Below are positions 37,987-47,242 of a stretch of 64,000 nt of DNA, in pieces (within the stretch, counting starts at the first letter, position 1; the number at the start of each line of letters is the position of its first letter). Both the position numbers and the translations under genes were made by a program. The notes beneath the pieces were generated by a model, which was not told where the DNA came from, searched no databases, and saw nothing but the letters and a program-made list of their open reading frames with translations. The DNA lies in assembly GCA_029775915.1 (NCBI GenBank), contig JARVKA010000001.1, forward strand, positions 28,781 to 92,780. Reading direction: 5' to 3'. The stretch is from Nitrososphaeria archaeon (lineage in GTDB: Archaea; Thermoproteota; Nitrososphaeria; Nitrososphaerales; JANXEG01).

Positions 37987-38716
37987 AGTGATAAAGGTTG
38001 AGAATCTTAATGCTGGTTATCGTAGCTTCCAAGTCCTCTTTGATGTAACCACAAATATAGAGTCTAAAAAGATCACAGTTATCGTTGGACCGAATGGTAG
38101 TGGTAAAAGTACTTTCTTAAAGACTATTTGTGGATTAACCACTTTATACTCTGGTAAGATCTTTTATATGGATAAAGAGATAACTGGTTTGTTACCACAT
38201 CAATTGGCAAAAAAAGGCTTAGCATACTTACCACAAATCGGTAATGTATTCTTAAACTTAACTGTGAAAGAGAATTTAATTATGTCCAGTTACACACTTG
38301 AGAAAAATATTGCTCAAGAAAGGATAAAGGAAGTTATTGAGTATTTTCCAATACTAAAAGATTTTTGGAATAGAAGAGCTATCACTTTAAGTGGTGGAGA
38401 GAGGCAAATATTAGCTATGGCTATGGCATTGTTAAGAAAGCCAAAGGTTATGCTTTTTGATGAACCAACAGCTAACTTATCACCTAAAATAGCTATACAA
38501 GTTCTTGATGAAATAATCAAGCTTAGAGATGAATATGGTATAACTGTAGTGTTGGTTGAGCAAAATGCGAGAAAGGCTTTGGAGAGGGGGGATAAAGCAT
38601 TATTGTTTGTTAATGGAAGAATAATCTTTGAAGGAGAACCAAAAGCATTATTAAATCACTCAGAGTTAAGTTCGCTTTACTTAGGGATTAAAAGTTTTAA
38701 TTTAAATAAAAATTAA
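37979..38716 (+). CDS. livF: ABC transporter ATP-binding protein (LivF-type)
   Basis: 245 aa. GPNGSGKST, LSGGERQILAMAMAL and MLFDEP. Overlaps livG by 8 nt. Confidence 0.9.
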   Translation: MSEVIKVENLNAGYRSFQVLFDVTTNIESKKITVIVGPNGSGKSTFLKTICGLTTLYSGKIFYMDKEITGLLPHQLAKKGLAYLPQIGNVFLNLTVKENLIMSSYTLEKNIAQERIKEVIEYFPILKDFWNRRAITLSGGERQILAMAMALLRKPKVMLFDEPTANLSPKIAIQVLDEIIKLRDEYGITVVLVEQNARKALERGDKALLFVNGRIIFEGEPKALLNHSELSSLYLGIKSFNLNKN

Positions 38717-38756
38717 CATTAAAATTTTAAATGCTTTATAACTCCTAAAGGAATGT

Positions 38757-39230
38757 ATGACAAAATACTTTATTTTTGTAATTAAGGATCATATTGAAGG
38801 TAAAAAAATCATTCCAGCAAGTGAAGTATTATCCGATAGAGTTAAGTATGGATTTTGGTCATTAAGCTCAAAAAATCCATACTTCAAATCGATAAAATTG
38901 GGTGATAAAGTAATTTTTTATCTAGCTGGTAAAGAAGGAGGGAAGTTTGGAGGATTTTGTACACTAGCCTCAGAAGTTTATCCAATATCTGAAGTTGAGA
39001 AAAAAATCGCTAAGGGTAAACCTTCATCACTCATGGATTATGTTGTAGATTTAAAAGAAATAAAGGTTTGGAGAAATCCTGTGGAGTTAAGTGAAGTAGC
39101 TTCAAAATTATCCTTTATAAAGGATTTGAATAAGGCAAAAATGTATTTTAGAGGTGGGATAAGGGCTATTACAAAAGAGGATTTTAATGAGATCGTCTCA
39201 ATAGGTGAGATTAAAAATCCTTATCATTAA
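38757..39230 (+). CDS. EVE/PUA-like domain protein (UPF0310-like)
   Basis: 157 aa. The pattern IKLGDKVIFYLA...FGGFCTLASEVYP...LSFIKDLNKAKMYFRGGIRAITKEDFNEI parallels archaeal UPF0310/EVE proteins as I remember them. Confidence 0.55.
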   Translation: MTKYFIFVIKDHIEGKKIIPASEVLSDRVKYGFWSLSSKNPYFKSIKLGDKVIFYLAGKEGGKFGGFCTLASEVYPISEVEKKIAKGKPSSLMDYVVDLKEIKVWRNPVELSEVASKLSFIKDLNKAKMYFRGGIRAITKEDFNEIVSIGEIKNPYH

Positions 39231-39290
39231 ATCTTCTTTATATAATATTGGGAAATTACATAAATAATTCTAATTGTTAATTAAAATTGT

Positions 39291-39650
39291 ATGTATGAGG
39301 CTGAGCGTAGGGATAAATGGGTATTTGATACAGTATTCTTTGAAGCTTCGATAAGGAAGAGTGGGAATAGCTTAGTTATTACCATCCCGCCTGAGTTAGT
39401 AAGAAGATTCCTTTTATTCGAGGGGCAAAAAGTAAGGTTAATAGGTGGTATGAAGAAAGGCGCTCAAGCTGAAGGTGCGATATCGATAAACCTCGGTAGA
39501 TTCTTAGTTAAAGAAATGATTCAAGGTATAGAGTTTAAGCTCATTGGTACTCAACCGATTGATAAAATCCCAGATTTTGTTGAAGAAATTGCAAATAAGT
39601 ATCCTGCAACACGTGTAACGATTAAGCCTACAAAACCAAACTGTATGTAG
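39291..39650 (+). CDS. SpoVT/AbrB-domain protein with an extra C-terminal beta-alpha-beta module
   Basis: 119 aa. AbrB-like SGNSLVITIPPELVRRFLLFEGQKVRL. It may continue into the next ORF through a +1 shift. Confidence 0.5.
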   Translation: MYEAERRDKWVFDTVFFEASIRKSGNSLVITIPPELVRRFLLFEGQKVRLIGGMKKGAQAEGAISINLGRFLVKEMIQGIEFKLIGTQPIDKIPDFVEEIANKYPATRVTIKPTKPNCM

Positions 39651-39681
39651 AATAGCATTTGGCTCTATAACTGGTGATGGT

Positions 39682-39867
39682 GTGATTGCAAGAACTGGGA
39701 GAGAGATTAGAGAAGTGATGGAAGAATTGGCTGAAAAGGGTAAATCTTTAATCTCTGATTTAAAGATATATGATGAAGAAATCGTTTGGCAAGATTTAGA
39801 CCCAGCTATAATTAGTAGAGCTCTTCACATTTTAAGTGGGAAAGTAAAGGTTGAATGGATAATTTAA
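39682..39867 (+). CDS. Small ORF, possibly the displaced C-terminus of the preceding gene
   Basis: 61 aa from a GTG start. Its frame is already open from 39619 (RLSLQNQTVCRIAFGSITGDGVIARTGREIREVMEEL...), overlapping the end of 39291-39650. Confidence 0.3.
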   Translation: MIARTGREIREVMEELAEKGKSLISDLKIYDEEIVWQDLDPAIISRALHILSGKVKVEWII

Positions 39868-39883
39868 TTTAAAGGGTTGTGAA

Positions 39884-40978
39884 ATGAGGAATTTTGTAAG
39901 AATGGGTTTTGAGAGAGTGGCTCATCTTCAAAAAGTGGATCAAATCCCTATCTCATTATTAGCTGCTGGAGACTTTATAATATACTTTTCAAAATTGACT
40001 AATCAAATAGATTATTGGGGCAAGGATTATAAAAAGAAGTTTTTAGCTCAAATTAAACTCGTTAAAGCTTTCCCAGAGATACTTTTTTTACCTGGTATAT
40101 GGCCCGATTTTAATTACACTATAGAAGCTTCAGCTTTAGGGTGTAAAATTATTTTTTGTGAAAATGCTCCTCCAAAAATCGAATCTACTTTAAAAAGATT
40201 TGAAGATATTGAGCATTTGGAAATACCAGATCCCCATAAAGATGGCTTAATGCCCCTTGCTTTAGAGGCTTATCAATACATGATAGATAATCTACCTATC
40301 GATTTGAAGAATAATTATGGTTATTTAGACGGTTTGGCTGTAGCGATGGGGCCTACAGATTTAGCTTCATTAATTGCAGGTTATGAAAGATTTTTCTCGA
40401 ATTTTTATAAAAATCCAGATTTAATTCACCATTTAATGAAAATTACTACTCAAACTATAATTGAATGGATTGAAGCTCAATGTGATGTAACTGGGGGTAA
40501 AAGATTAATAATTTTATTTGAAGATAGCATCTCATTTGTAAGTAAAGAGCAATACCTTAAATTTTGTAACCCTTATCTTAAAGAAATTTTTGAAAAGTTT
40601 GCAAGTAATGATATAATCATACTACTTCACAGTTGTGCAAATATCACACATATTTTGAGTGAACTTTGTAAGCTTCCAATAAATATACTCCATTATGGTC
40701 CAGATGTTGCTACTTCAAGAGTTAAAAGTGCACTTAAAGATAAAATTTGTATAATGGGTGGATTATCACCTTATGAAGAGATTGTTAAAGGTAAGCCCAA
40801 TGATGTAATTCAAGCTTGTAAACGGGTTATAAAAGAGGGAGGTTATGATGGAATTTTCATACTATCCATATCTGGTAGCATACCCGCGGGAACACCAATT
40901 GAGAATATCCAAGCTATGATAGAAGCATCTAAACTTTATGGTAAATACAATTACAATAATCATAAATCTTTTAACTAA
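39884..40978 (+). CDS. Uroporphyrinogen-decarboxylase-family methyltransferase (MtaA/MtbA/MtvB-like)
   Basis: 364 aa with UroD/MT2-like length and blocks. LLHSCANITH carries the H-x-C motif. The C-terminal block is ILSISGSIPAGTPIENIQAMIEA. Confidence 0.7.
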   Translation: MRNFVRMGFERVAHLQKVDQIPISLLAAGDFIIYFSKLTNQIDYWGKDYKKKFLAQIKLVKAFPEILFLPGIWPDFNYTIEASALGCKIIFCENAPPKIESTLKRFEDIEHLEIPDPHKDGLMPLALEAYQYMIDNLPIDLKNNYGYLDGLAVAMGPTDLASLIAGYERFFSNFYKNPDLIHHLMKITTQTIIEWIEAQCDVTGGKRLIILFEDSISFVSKEQYLKFCNPYLKEIFEKFASNDIIILLHSCANITHILSELCKLPINILHYGPDVATSRVKSALKDKICIMGGLSPYEEIVKGKPNDVIQACKRVIKEGGYDGIFILSISGSIPAGTPIENIQAMIEASKLYGKYNYNNHKSFN

Positions 40979-40995
40979 GGTTATAATCGACTTTA

Positions 40996-41904
40996 ATGGT
41001 GGCTAATATGTGGAATTTCAATGCTCCACAAAAAGTCTTTAAAATAGGAAATATTCAAGTTGGTGGTTATCCAGGTGAGCGGGGAACTCTTTTAATCGGT
41101 AGTATCTTTTATAAAGGCCATAAAATCATTAGTGATGAGAAAGAAGGGATTTTTGATAAAGAAAAAGCTGGGGCATTAATAAAAACTCAAGAAGAATATT
41201 CAGATAAAACTGGTTTGCCTCACGTTATAGATATTGTGGGTGAAAATCCTAACGCTATGATAAAGTATTTAGATTATGTTTCAAGTGTGACAGATAGTGT
41301 TCTTGGAATAGATGGTATTACATCAATTGTGAGAATTAAAGCTTTGAATTATATTAAAGAGGTTGGGATAAAGAATCCAATAATTTATAATTCATTATCT
41401 GAGCCAAAGGAGGATGAGTTAAACGTAATTAAAGAAGTTGGTGTAAAAAGTGCTATACTCCTTACACTTAACACTAAAGACTTTTCTACAAATGGTAGAA
41501 TTATTAAGGCTAAGGATCTTTTAAGTATAGCAGAAAAGGTTGGTATTGAAAATACTTTGATAGATACGTGTGTTCTTGATATACCGAGCCTTGGTATGGC
41601 TTGTAAAGCTATATATCGAATTAAAGATGAATTCGGTTTACCTGCTGGTTGTGGTATTCATAATGCGATAGCTTTATGGAGAGGCGCGAAAGAGAAAATT
41701 GGCAAGTACGTGATTGAGCCAGCAAGTGCTGTAGCATCAGCGATAGCTGTAGCAGCTGGTGCAGATTTTATACTTTATGGCCCTATAGAAAGTGCTAAAA
41801 TAGTATTTCCAACAATCGCTATGGTGAATGCAGCATATAGCCAATTGTGGATAGAGCAAGGTAAGAGGTTGGATCGAAACCATCCTCGCTATAAAATTGC
41901 TTAA
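40996..41904 (+). CDS. mtrH: MtrH-family methyl-corrinoid:tetrahydromethanopterin methyltransferase homologue
   Basis: 302 aa. VGGYPGERGTLLIGSIFYKGHKIISDEKEGIFDK, IYNSLS, LIDTCVLD, FGLPAGCGIHNA, ILYGPIESAKIVFPTIAMVNA and a C-terminal HPRYKIA follow the MtrH blocks closely. Confidence 0.85.
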   Translation: MVANMWNFNAPQKVFKIGNIQVGGYPGERGTLLIGSIFYKGHKIISDEKEGIFDKEKAGALIKTQEEYSDKTGLPHVIDIVGENPNAMIKYLDYVSSVTDSVLGIDGITSIVRIKALNYIKEVGIKNPIIYNSLSEPKEDELNVIKEVGVKSAILLTLNTKDFSTNGRIIKAKDLLSIAEKVGIENTLIDTCVLDIPSLGMACKAIYRIKDEFGLPAGCGIHNAIALWRGAKEKIGKYVIEPASAVASAIAVAAGADFILYGPIESAKIVFPTIAMVNAAYSQLWIEQGKRLDRNHPRYKIA

Positions 41905-42533
41905 TGATAAAAGCTAGAAAGATTGTGATAAATTACATTATATAACGTGATTCTCAATGAATTTTTATTGAAAGTCTGAGCAATCAGCTTTATGCTAAAA
42001 GTTGTAATTAAATTAGAGTCCAATGATTTTAAGGGATTTCAAAACTAGTTTAAGAGTTAACATTTATGTGAAGAATAAAGTTATGTAGAATTTCTCTCCA
42101 TATAATAGAGGAGAAGTTCAAAGATAATATTTGGGAGTTATGGCTTATTGGTTAAGTTTTGAAACTTTTTTGCTACTAATGGCTAATGAATTTAATAAAG
42201 AGAGATTGCCATAAATGAATTGCGGGATGTAGTCAAGTTTGGAGACATAAGGTGAAGTTCTTTCCATGCTGGTTATCTTCTATAATAGAGCTGAGGCTAT
42301 TAAGATCTTAAAGGGGCTTAAGGTGATTCCTATCGCTTCTGATTGGGTAAGCGGAGCTGAAGAAGCTGTCGTACTCTTAATAAGGTTAGCAAATCGATTA
42401 AAACTATAGAGTCTGTGAAAGATACTAAGCTCATGAAATTAAAAAAGAGAATTAAATTTTAAAAATTACCTACTTTTTAATAGAGAATGATACAACTATC
42501 ACCTATCTCTAATACACTTGGAACAAATTGCTT

Positions 42534-43883
42534 TTAACTCTTAGGATTATTCGTTTCATATTTTATAACTTTATCTAAAATATCTAAGCCTTTATTTAAA
42601 AGTTCTTCACTTATATTCAATGGTGGGAGTAACCTTATAACATTCTTATAAGTACCAGCTCCAATAATTATTAAGCCATTCTTATAACATTCTGTAATGA
42701 TTTCATTCCTTTTCTCTATAGCTGGCTTCTTTGTCTTCCTATCCTCAACAAGCTCTATAGCAAGCATAAGACCGAGCCCTCTTACATCACCTATAATTTC
42801 ATACTTCTCTTGCATCTCTTTAAGCCTCTTTAATGCAATCTCTCCAAGTTTGGGCACATTAGGTAAGAGCTTTTCAATTAACTCAATGGCTTTAAGTCCG
42901 GCTACACAACTTACAGGATTTCCACAAAAGGTTCCACCAAGTCCTCCAACTTGTGGTGCATCCATAATATCATCTCTACCAATGGTAGCAGCTAATGGTA
43001 AACCACCACCAAGAGATTTTCCCATCGTAATCACATCTGGAATTACATCATTATGCTCAATACAAAACATCTTACCAGTTCTACCCATTCCAGTTTGTAT
43101 TTCATCATCTATCAATAAAATACCGTATTCATCACAAATTTTTCTCAAACCTTGGATGAATTCCTTTGGACCAATTATAAAGCCACCTTCACCTTGAATC
43201 GGCTCAAAGATTATTGAAGCGATATCATCTGATGAAATACTAGTTTTTAAAGCATTTCTTATATATTCAATACACTCTATACCACATGATGGATATTCAA
43301 GTTTAAAGGGGCAACGATAACAATAAGCGTAAGGAAATCTATACACATTTGGCATTAATGGACCGAATCCATATTTATAAGGCATAACGCTACCGGTTAA
43401 TGTTAAAGCCATAAAAGTTCTACCATGAAATGCATTTTCAAAAGCTATTATTCCAGGTTTCTTTGTAAACCATCTTGCAACCTTTACCGCATTCTCCACA
43501 GCTTCAGCCCCACTATTCACTAATAAGACTTTCTTAGAGAATTTTCCGGGTGTGATTAAAGCTATTTTCTCAGCCAACTTAATGTAACTTTCATAGGGGG
43601 TTACATGAAAGCATAAGTGCATATACTTCTTAAGTTGCTCCTTAATCGCACTTAAAATCTCAAAATTTCTATGACCGAAATTTAAGCAAGATATTCCACT
43701 AGCAAAGTCTACGTAAATATTCCCATCCACATCTTTAAGTATAGCCCCATCCCCAAACTCTATGAATATAGGTGTGATATGATGTACACTTTTAGGCACA
43801 TATTTATTTCTAAGCTCCATAAGCTCTTTAGATTTTGGTCCGGGTGGTGTTTCTCTAATCCTCGGAACTTCGCTAAAACTCAT
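42534..43883 (-). CDS. Class-III PLP aminotransferase (4-aminobutyrate/acetylornithine aminotransferase family)
   Basis: 449 aa. NSGAEAVENAVK, DDEIQTGMGRTGKMF and TMGKSLGGGLP (PLP lysine). Confidence 0.85.
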   Translation of the reverse strand: MSFSEVPRIRETPPGPKSKELMELRNKYVPKSVHHITPIFIEFGDGAILKDVDGNIYVDFASGISCLNFGHRNFEILSAIKEQLKKYMHLCFHVTPYESYIKLAEKIALITPGKFSKKVLLVNSGAEAVENAVKVARWFTKKPGIIAFENAFHGRTFMALTLTGSVMPYKYGFGPLMPNVYRFPYAYCYRCPFKLEYPSCGIECIEYIRNALKTSISSDDIASIIFEPIQGEGGFIIGPKEFIQGLRKICDEYGILLIDDEIQTGMGRTGKMFCIEHNDVIPDVITMGKSLGGGLPLAATIGRDDIMDAPQVGGLGGTFCGNPVSCVAGLKAIELIEKLLPNVPKLGEIALKRLKEMQEKYEIIGDVRGLGLMLAIELVEDRKTKKPAIEKRNEIITECYKNGLIIIGAGTYKNVIRLLPPLNISEELLNKGLDILDKVIKYETNNPKS

Positions 43884-44063
43884 GAATAAGTTAAATTTTA
43901 ATGGATGTAAAAAAATTTTTCGTTTTGTACTCCATTTAATTTTTATTTCTAATATGTATTAAATGAATAAAAAGGTGGAAATACTCGTTTCATTCCACTA
44001 TTCATTAATACATAAGACTTTTTGATTGGTGTATGTGCATATGGATAATTTTTTATAATAAGT

Positions 44064-45746
44064 TTACATTAATACAGCGCCCATAGCTGCTGAAGATGCC
44101 AATTTAGCATATTTAGCAAGTGCACCATAAGGGTATCTTGGTGGTGGCGGTTTCCATTCTCTATACCTCTTCTTAAATTCATCTTGTGAAACATTTACTG
44201 TTAAACTTTTATTTGGTATATCTATTGTGATAATATCTCCATCTTTTACTAAAGCTATAGGTCCCCCTTCAGCCGCTTCTGGAGAGATATGACCTACCAT
44301 TATACCTCTAGTAGCACCCGAGAATCTACCATCTGTTATTAAAGCAACATCCTCCCCCAATCCTTGCCCCACTATAGCTGCAGTAATTGCGAGCATTTCT
44401 TGCATTCCTGGACCACCTTTTGGCCCCTCATAACGAATAACTACCACATCGCCCTTTTGTATCTTATTTTGAAATACAGCCTCACTCGCCTCCCTCTCTG
44501 AGTTAAAGACTTTTGCCGGACCTGAATGTACTAACTTTTTCAACCCAGCGACTTTAATAACAGCCCCTAAAGGAGCGAGATTGCCTTTTAATGTAACTAA
44601 AGTGCCTGTAGGTCTTATTGGATTTGTGAATGGGCGAATCACATCTTGATTTAATGGTATTACTACATCTTCAAGATTTTTAGCAACGGTCTTACCATTA
44701 ATCGTTAAAGCTTCACCATGAATAAGCCCATTTTTATACAAAACCTTCATAATTGCTGGTACACCACCTACTTTATCCAAGTCTTGCATCATGTATTTAC
44801 CTCCTGGTGTAAGATCGACAATATGTGGTGTACGTGAACTTATTCTATCAAAATCATCTAAGGTTAATTTTACCCTAGCCTCATATGCTATTGCAGTTAA
44901 ATGGAGTACTGCATTGGTTGACCCACCTGACGCCACATCTACAGCGATTGCATTTTCAAAAGCTTCATATGTGAGAATATCACGAGGCTTAAGTCCAACT
45001 TCAAGAGCTTTTAAAATCGCTTTACCCGATGCATAAGCTATCTCTTGCCTTCTTGGATCTGTTGCCAGAATCGTTGCACTGTATGGTAAAGATAATCCTA
45101 AAGCTTCAATAGCTATTGCCATTGTATTAGCTGTGAATAAACCTGCACATGAGCCCACACTTGGACAAGCACAATTCTCTATTTCATTTAACTCCTCCTT
45201 AGATATTTTACCACTAATTACTGCACCTACTGCTTCAAATACATCAACGATACTTATATTTCTCCCTTTATATTGACCAGCGATCATTGGACCACCATTT
45301 ATAAATATAGATGGTATATTGAGCCTTGCTGCAGCCATAATAGCACCTGGCTCAATTTTATCACAACTTGCTATTAACACCAAAGCATCAAATCTATGAG
45401 CATGAGCCATTAACTCTATGGAATCTGCAATAACCTCTCTACTTACTAAGGATGCACGCATTCCCTCATGGCCCATAGCTATACCATCACAAATCCCTAT
45501 TGTTGAGAATTCTATTGGTGTACCTCCAGCTTCCTTCACACCAGCTTTTACAAATTTCGCAATATTATTCAAATGTATATGACCAGGTATAACCTCATTC
45601 CATGAGTTTGCTATACCGATTAAAGGTTTTTCTAAATCACTATCAGTATAACCCATAGCTTTAAAAAGTGCTCTATGGGGTGCTCTTTCTATTCCCTCTG
45701 TAACTTCCCAACTTCGATGCTTTAATCTTTTAATTTGCTCTCCCAA
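44064..45746 (-). CDS. ilvD: Dihydroxy-acid dehydratase
   Basis: 560 aa. [32 protein letters not shown] and [11 protein letters not shown]. Confidence 0.95.
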   Translation of the reverse strand: MGEQIKRLKHRSWEVTEGIERAPHRALFKAMGYTDSDLEKPLIGIANSWNEVIPGHIHLNNIAKFVKAGVKEAGGTPIEFSTIGICDGIAMGHEGMRASLVSREVIADSIELMAHAHRFDALVLIASCDKIEPGAIMAAARLNIPSIFINGGPMIAGQYKGRNISIVDVFEAVGAVISGKISKEELNEIENCACPSVGSCAGLFTANTMAIAIEALGLSLPYSATILATDPRRQEIAYASGKAILKALEVGLKPRDILTYEAFENAIAVDVASGGSTNAVLHLTAIAYEARVKLTLDDFDRISSRTPHIVDLTPGGKYMMQDLDKVGGVPAIMKVLYKNGLIHGEALTINGKTVAKNLEDVVIPLNQDVIRPFTNPIRPTGTLVTLKGNLAPLGAVIKVAGLKKLVHSGPAKVFNSEREASEAVFQNKIQKGDVVVIRYEGPKGGPGMQEMLAITAAIVGQGLGEDVALITDGRFSGATRGIMVGHISPEAAEGGPIALVKDGDIITIDIPNKSLTVNVSQDEFKKRYREWKPPPPRYPYGALAKYAKLASSAAMGAVLM

Positions 45747-45788
45747 TTTTTATCAAAAGTGAGTTACATAATTAATTTATTAAACTTT

Positions 45789-46958
45789 TCAGTAAAATTT
45801 AGTTTGATTCTTAACCTTTTTTACTTTTGGTAATACTATCGATACTATAAGCGCAAAAATGGCAATAAATGTTAGGGTTATAATAGCTATCTCAGCACCG
45901 TATTCTTGCAATAAGAATCCTGTAAAAAATACAGATAAGGAACCACAACCAAATGCCATAAAGAATAAGAAGCCGTACAATGGTCCTCTAACTTGCGGAT
46001 CACTTACAATTGCAACTAAGTAACCAAAGCTTGGTTGTGATGCATACATTGAAATTCCATAAATCGATATGAATAAAGCGACTCCAAGTATAGGATGAGG
46101 AATGAATAGTAAAAATATTAAAGATATGGTTATACTGAAACTCTCTATAATGAGTATTTTATAGCTCCCAAACTTATCAGCTAAACTCCCCCCTAAAAAT
46201 TGTCCAAAAACTCCAGCTAATAACATAATTGACATAGCGTATCCAGCGATCTCTATTTTAAAGTATTTAGCTACAACTAAGAAAGTAGGTAGGATAAACT
46301 CAACACCTCTAAAGACCAAGCCATTAAAGATATTAAAAGCGTATAACTTCCAAAAGGTTAATCCTTTAAGAAGATTGATGAAAATATCAACACTCACTTT
46401 TCCTTCTTTTAATCGTTCAATATGAAAGCTATACAAAGGAATGGCTATCACAATGGTAAGAATACCGAATAAAAGAAAGGAATATTGCCAACCATAAGTA
46501 AGGCCGATAATAGCTGAGATTGAAGGTGTAAGGATTTGTCCAATATTTCCAGCAGCACCATGTATACTAAATGCAGTACCCAAATTCGAGCTGTAAACCT
46601 TTGAAATTAAGCTATATACAGTAGGATGGTAAAAGCTAGCCCAAATTGACATAATAATAAATCCTAACGCAAAGCCCAATAAACTTGGGAATAAAAATAT
46701 AATAATCGTACCAACACCTGAAAAACTTACACATAAAGTTAACACTTTCAATTCTCCAAGTTTATTCGCTAATATACCGCCAACTATCGATCCTAAACCA
46801 TAAATAAAATAACCTATTGTGGCAAATGTGCTAACATCCTTTATTGAAACACCCATTTGAATAATCATTAATGGCACTAATGGAGGAAGGGCAAGAAATA
46901 TGGAATGATTTAATGAATGGGCAACACCTAATAAAGGGAGTAAAAACTTCTCTCGCAT
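45789..46958 (-). CDS. MFS transporter
   Basis: 389 aa, ~11-12 TM helices in a two-halves arrangement. Substrate unknown. Confidence 0.7.
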   Translation of the reverse strand: MREKFLLPLLGVAHSLNHSIFLALPPLVPLMIIQMGVSIKDVSTFATIGYFIYGLGSIVGGILANKLGELKVLTLCVSFSGVGTIIIFLFPSLLGFALGFIIMSIWASFYHPTVYSLISKVYSSNLGTAFSIHGAAGNIGQILTPSISAIIGLTYGWQYSFLLFGILTIVIAIPLYSFHIERLKEGKVSVDIFINLLKGLTFWKLYAFNIFNGLVFRGVEFILPTFLVVAKYFKIEIAGYAMSIMLLAGVFGQFLGGSLADKFGSYKILIIESFSITISLIFLLFIPHPILGVALFISIYGISMYASQPSFGYLVAIVSDPQVRGPLYGFLFFMAFGCGSLSVFFTGFLLQEYGAEIAIITLTFIAIFALIVSIVLPKVKKVKNQTKFY

Positions 46959-47090
46959 TAACTCTATCCAAACTCTTGAATATTATTTAAATCTATCATC
47001 TCTTTATTTATAAGTTTCTTACAATAATGTCTCAAACTTAGAAATTTTAATCGATAAACTTATTAAATACATTTAACTTAAAGCACGGTA

Positions 47091-47208
47091 ATGATAAACA
47101 ACGATATGAATAGTATTAAAGGTAAGGCCTCGTTTAAAGTGTTAGAGGATATAATTAAAGAGGTCTTACTAGTTATTCTCATTTAGGGCTCATATAGTGT
47201 GAGCCCTA
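47091..47208 (+). promoter_or_regulatory. Candidate ilv leader: 31-codon ORF ending in seven consecutive Val/Leu/Ile codons, with a 9-bp hairpin overlapping its stop codon
   Basis: ORF 47091-47186 encodes MINNDMNSIKGKASFKVLEDIIKEVLLVILI*. A perfect inverted repeat, TAGGGCTCA(47184-47192)-tatagtg-TGAGCCCTA(47200-47208), includes the TAG stop. A TATA-like cttattaaatac at ~47060-47071 would put the transcription start near the ORF's ATG. A T-run, gtgtttttattt, follows at 47224-47235, just before ilvB. Confidence 0.35.
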
Positions 47209-47242
47209 AAAATCTGCAAAGGGGTGTTTTTATTTGGTTATA

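Noticed and set aside
41905-41985. Possible C/D-box sRNA (AUGAUAA ... GUGAUAA ... CUGA)
   Set aside because: The boxes deviate from RUGAUGA, the spacing is too long (~78 nt), there is no terminal stem, and I could identify no guide complementarity.
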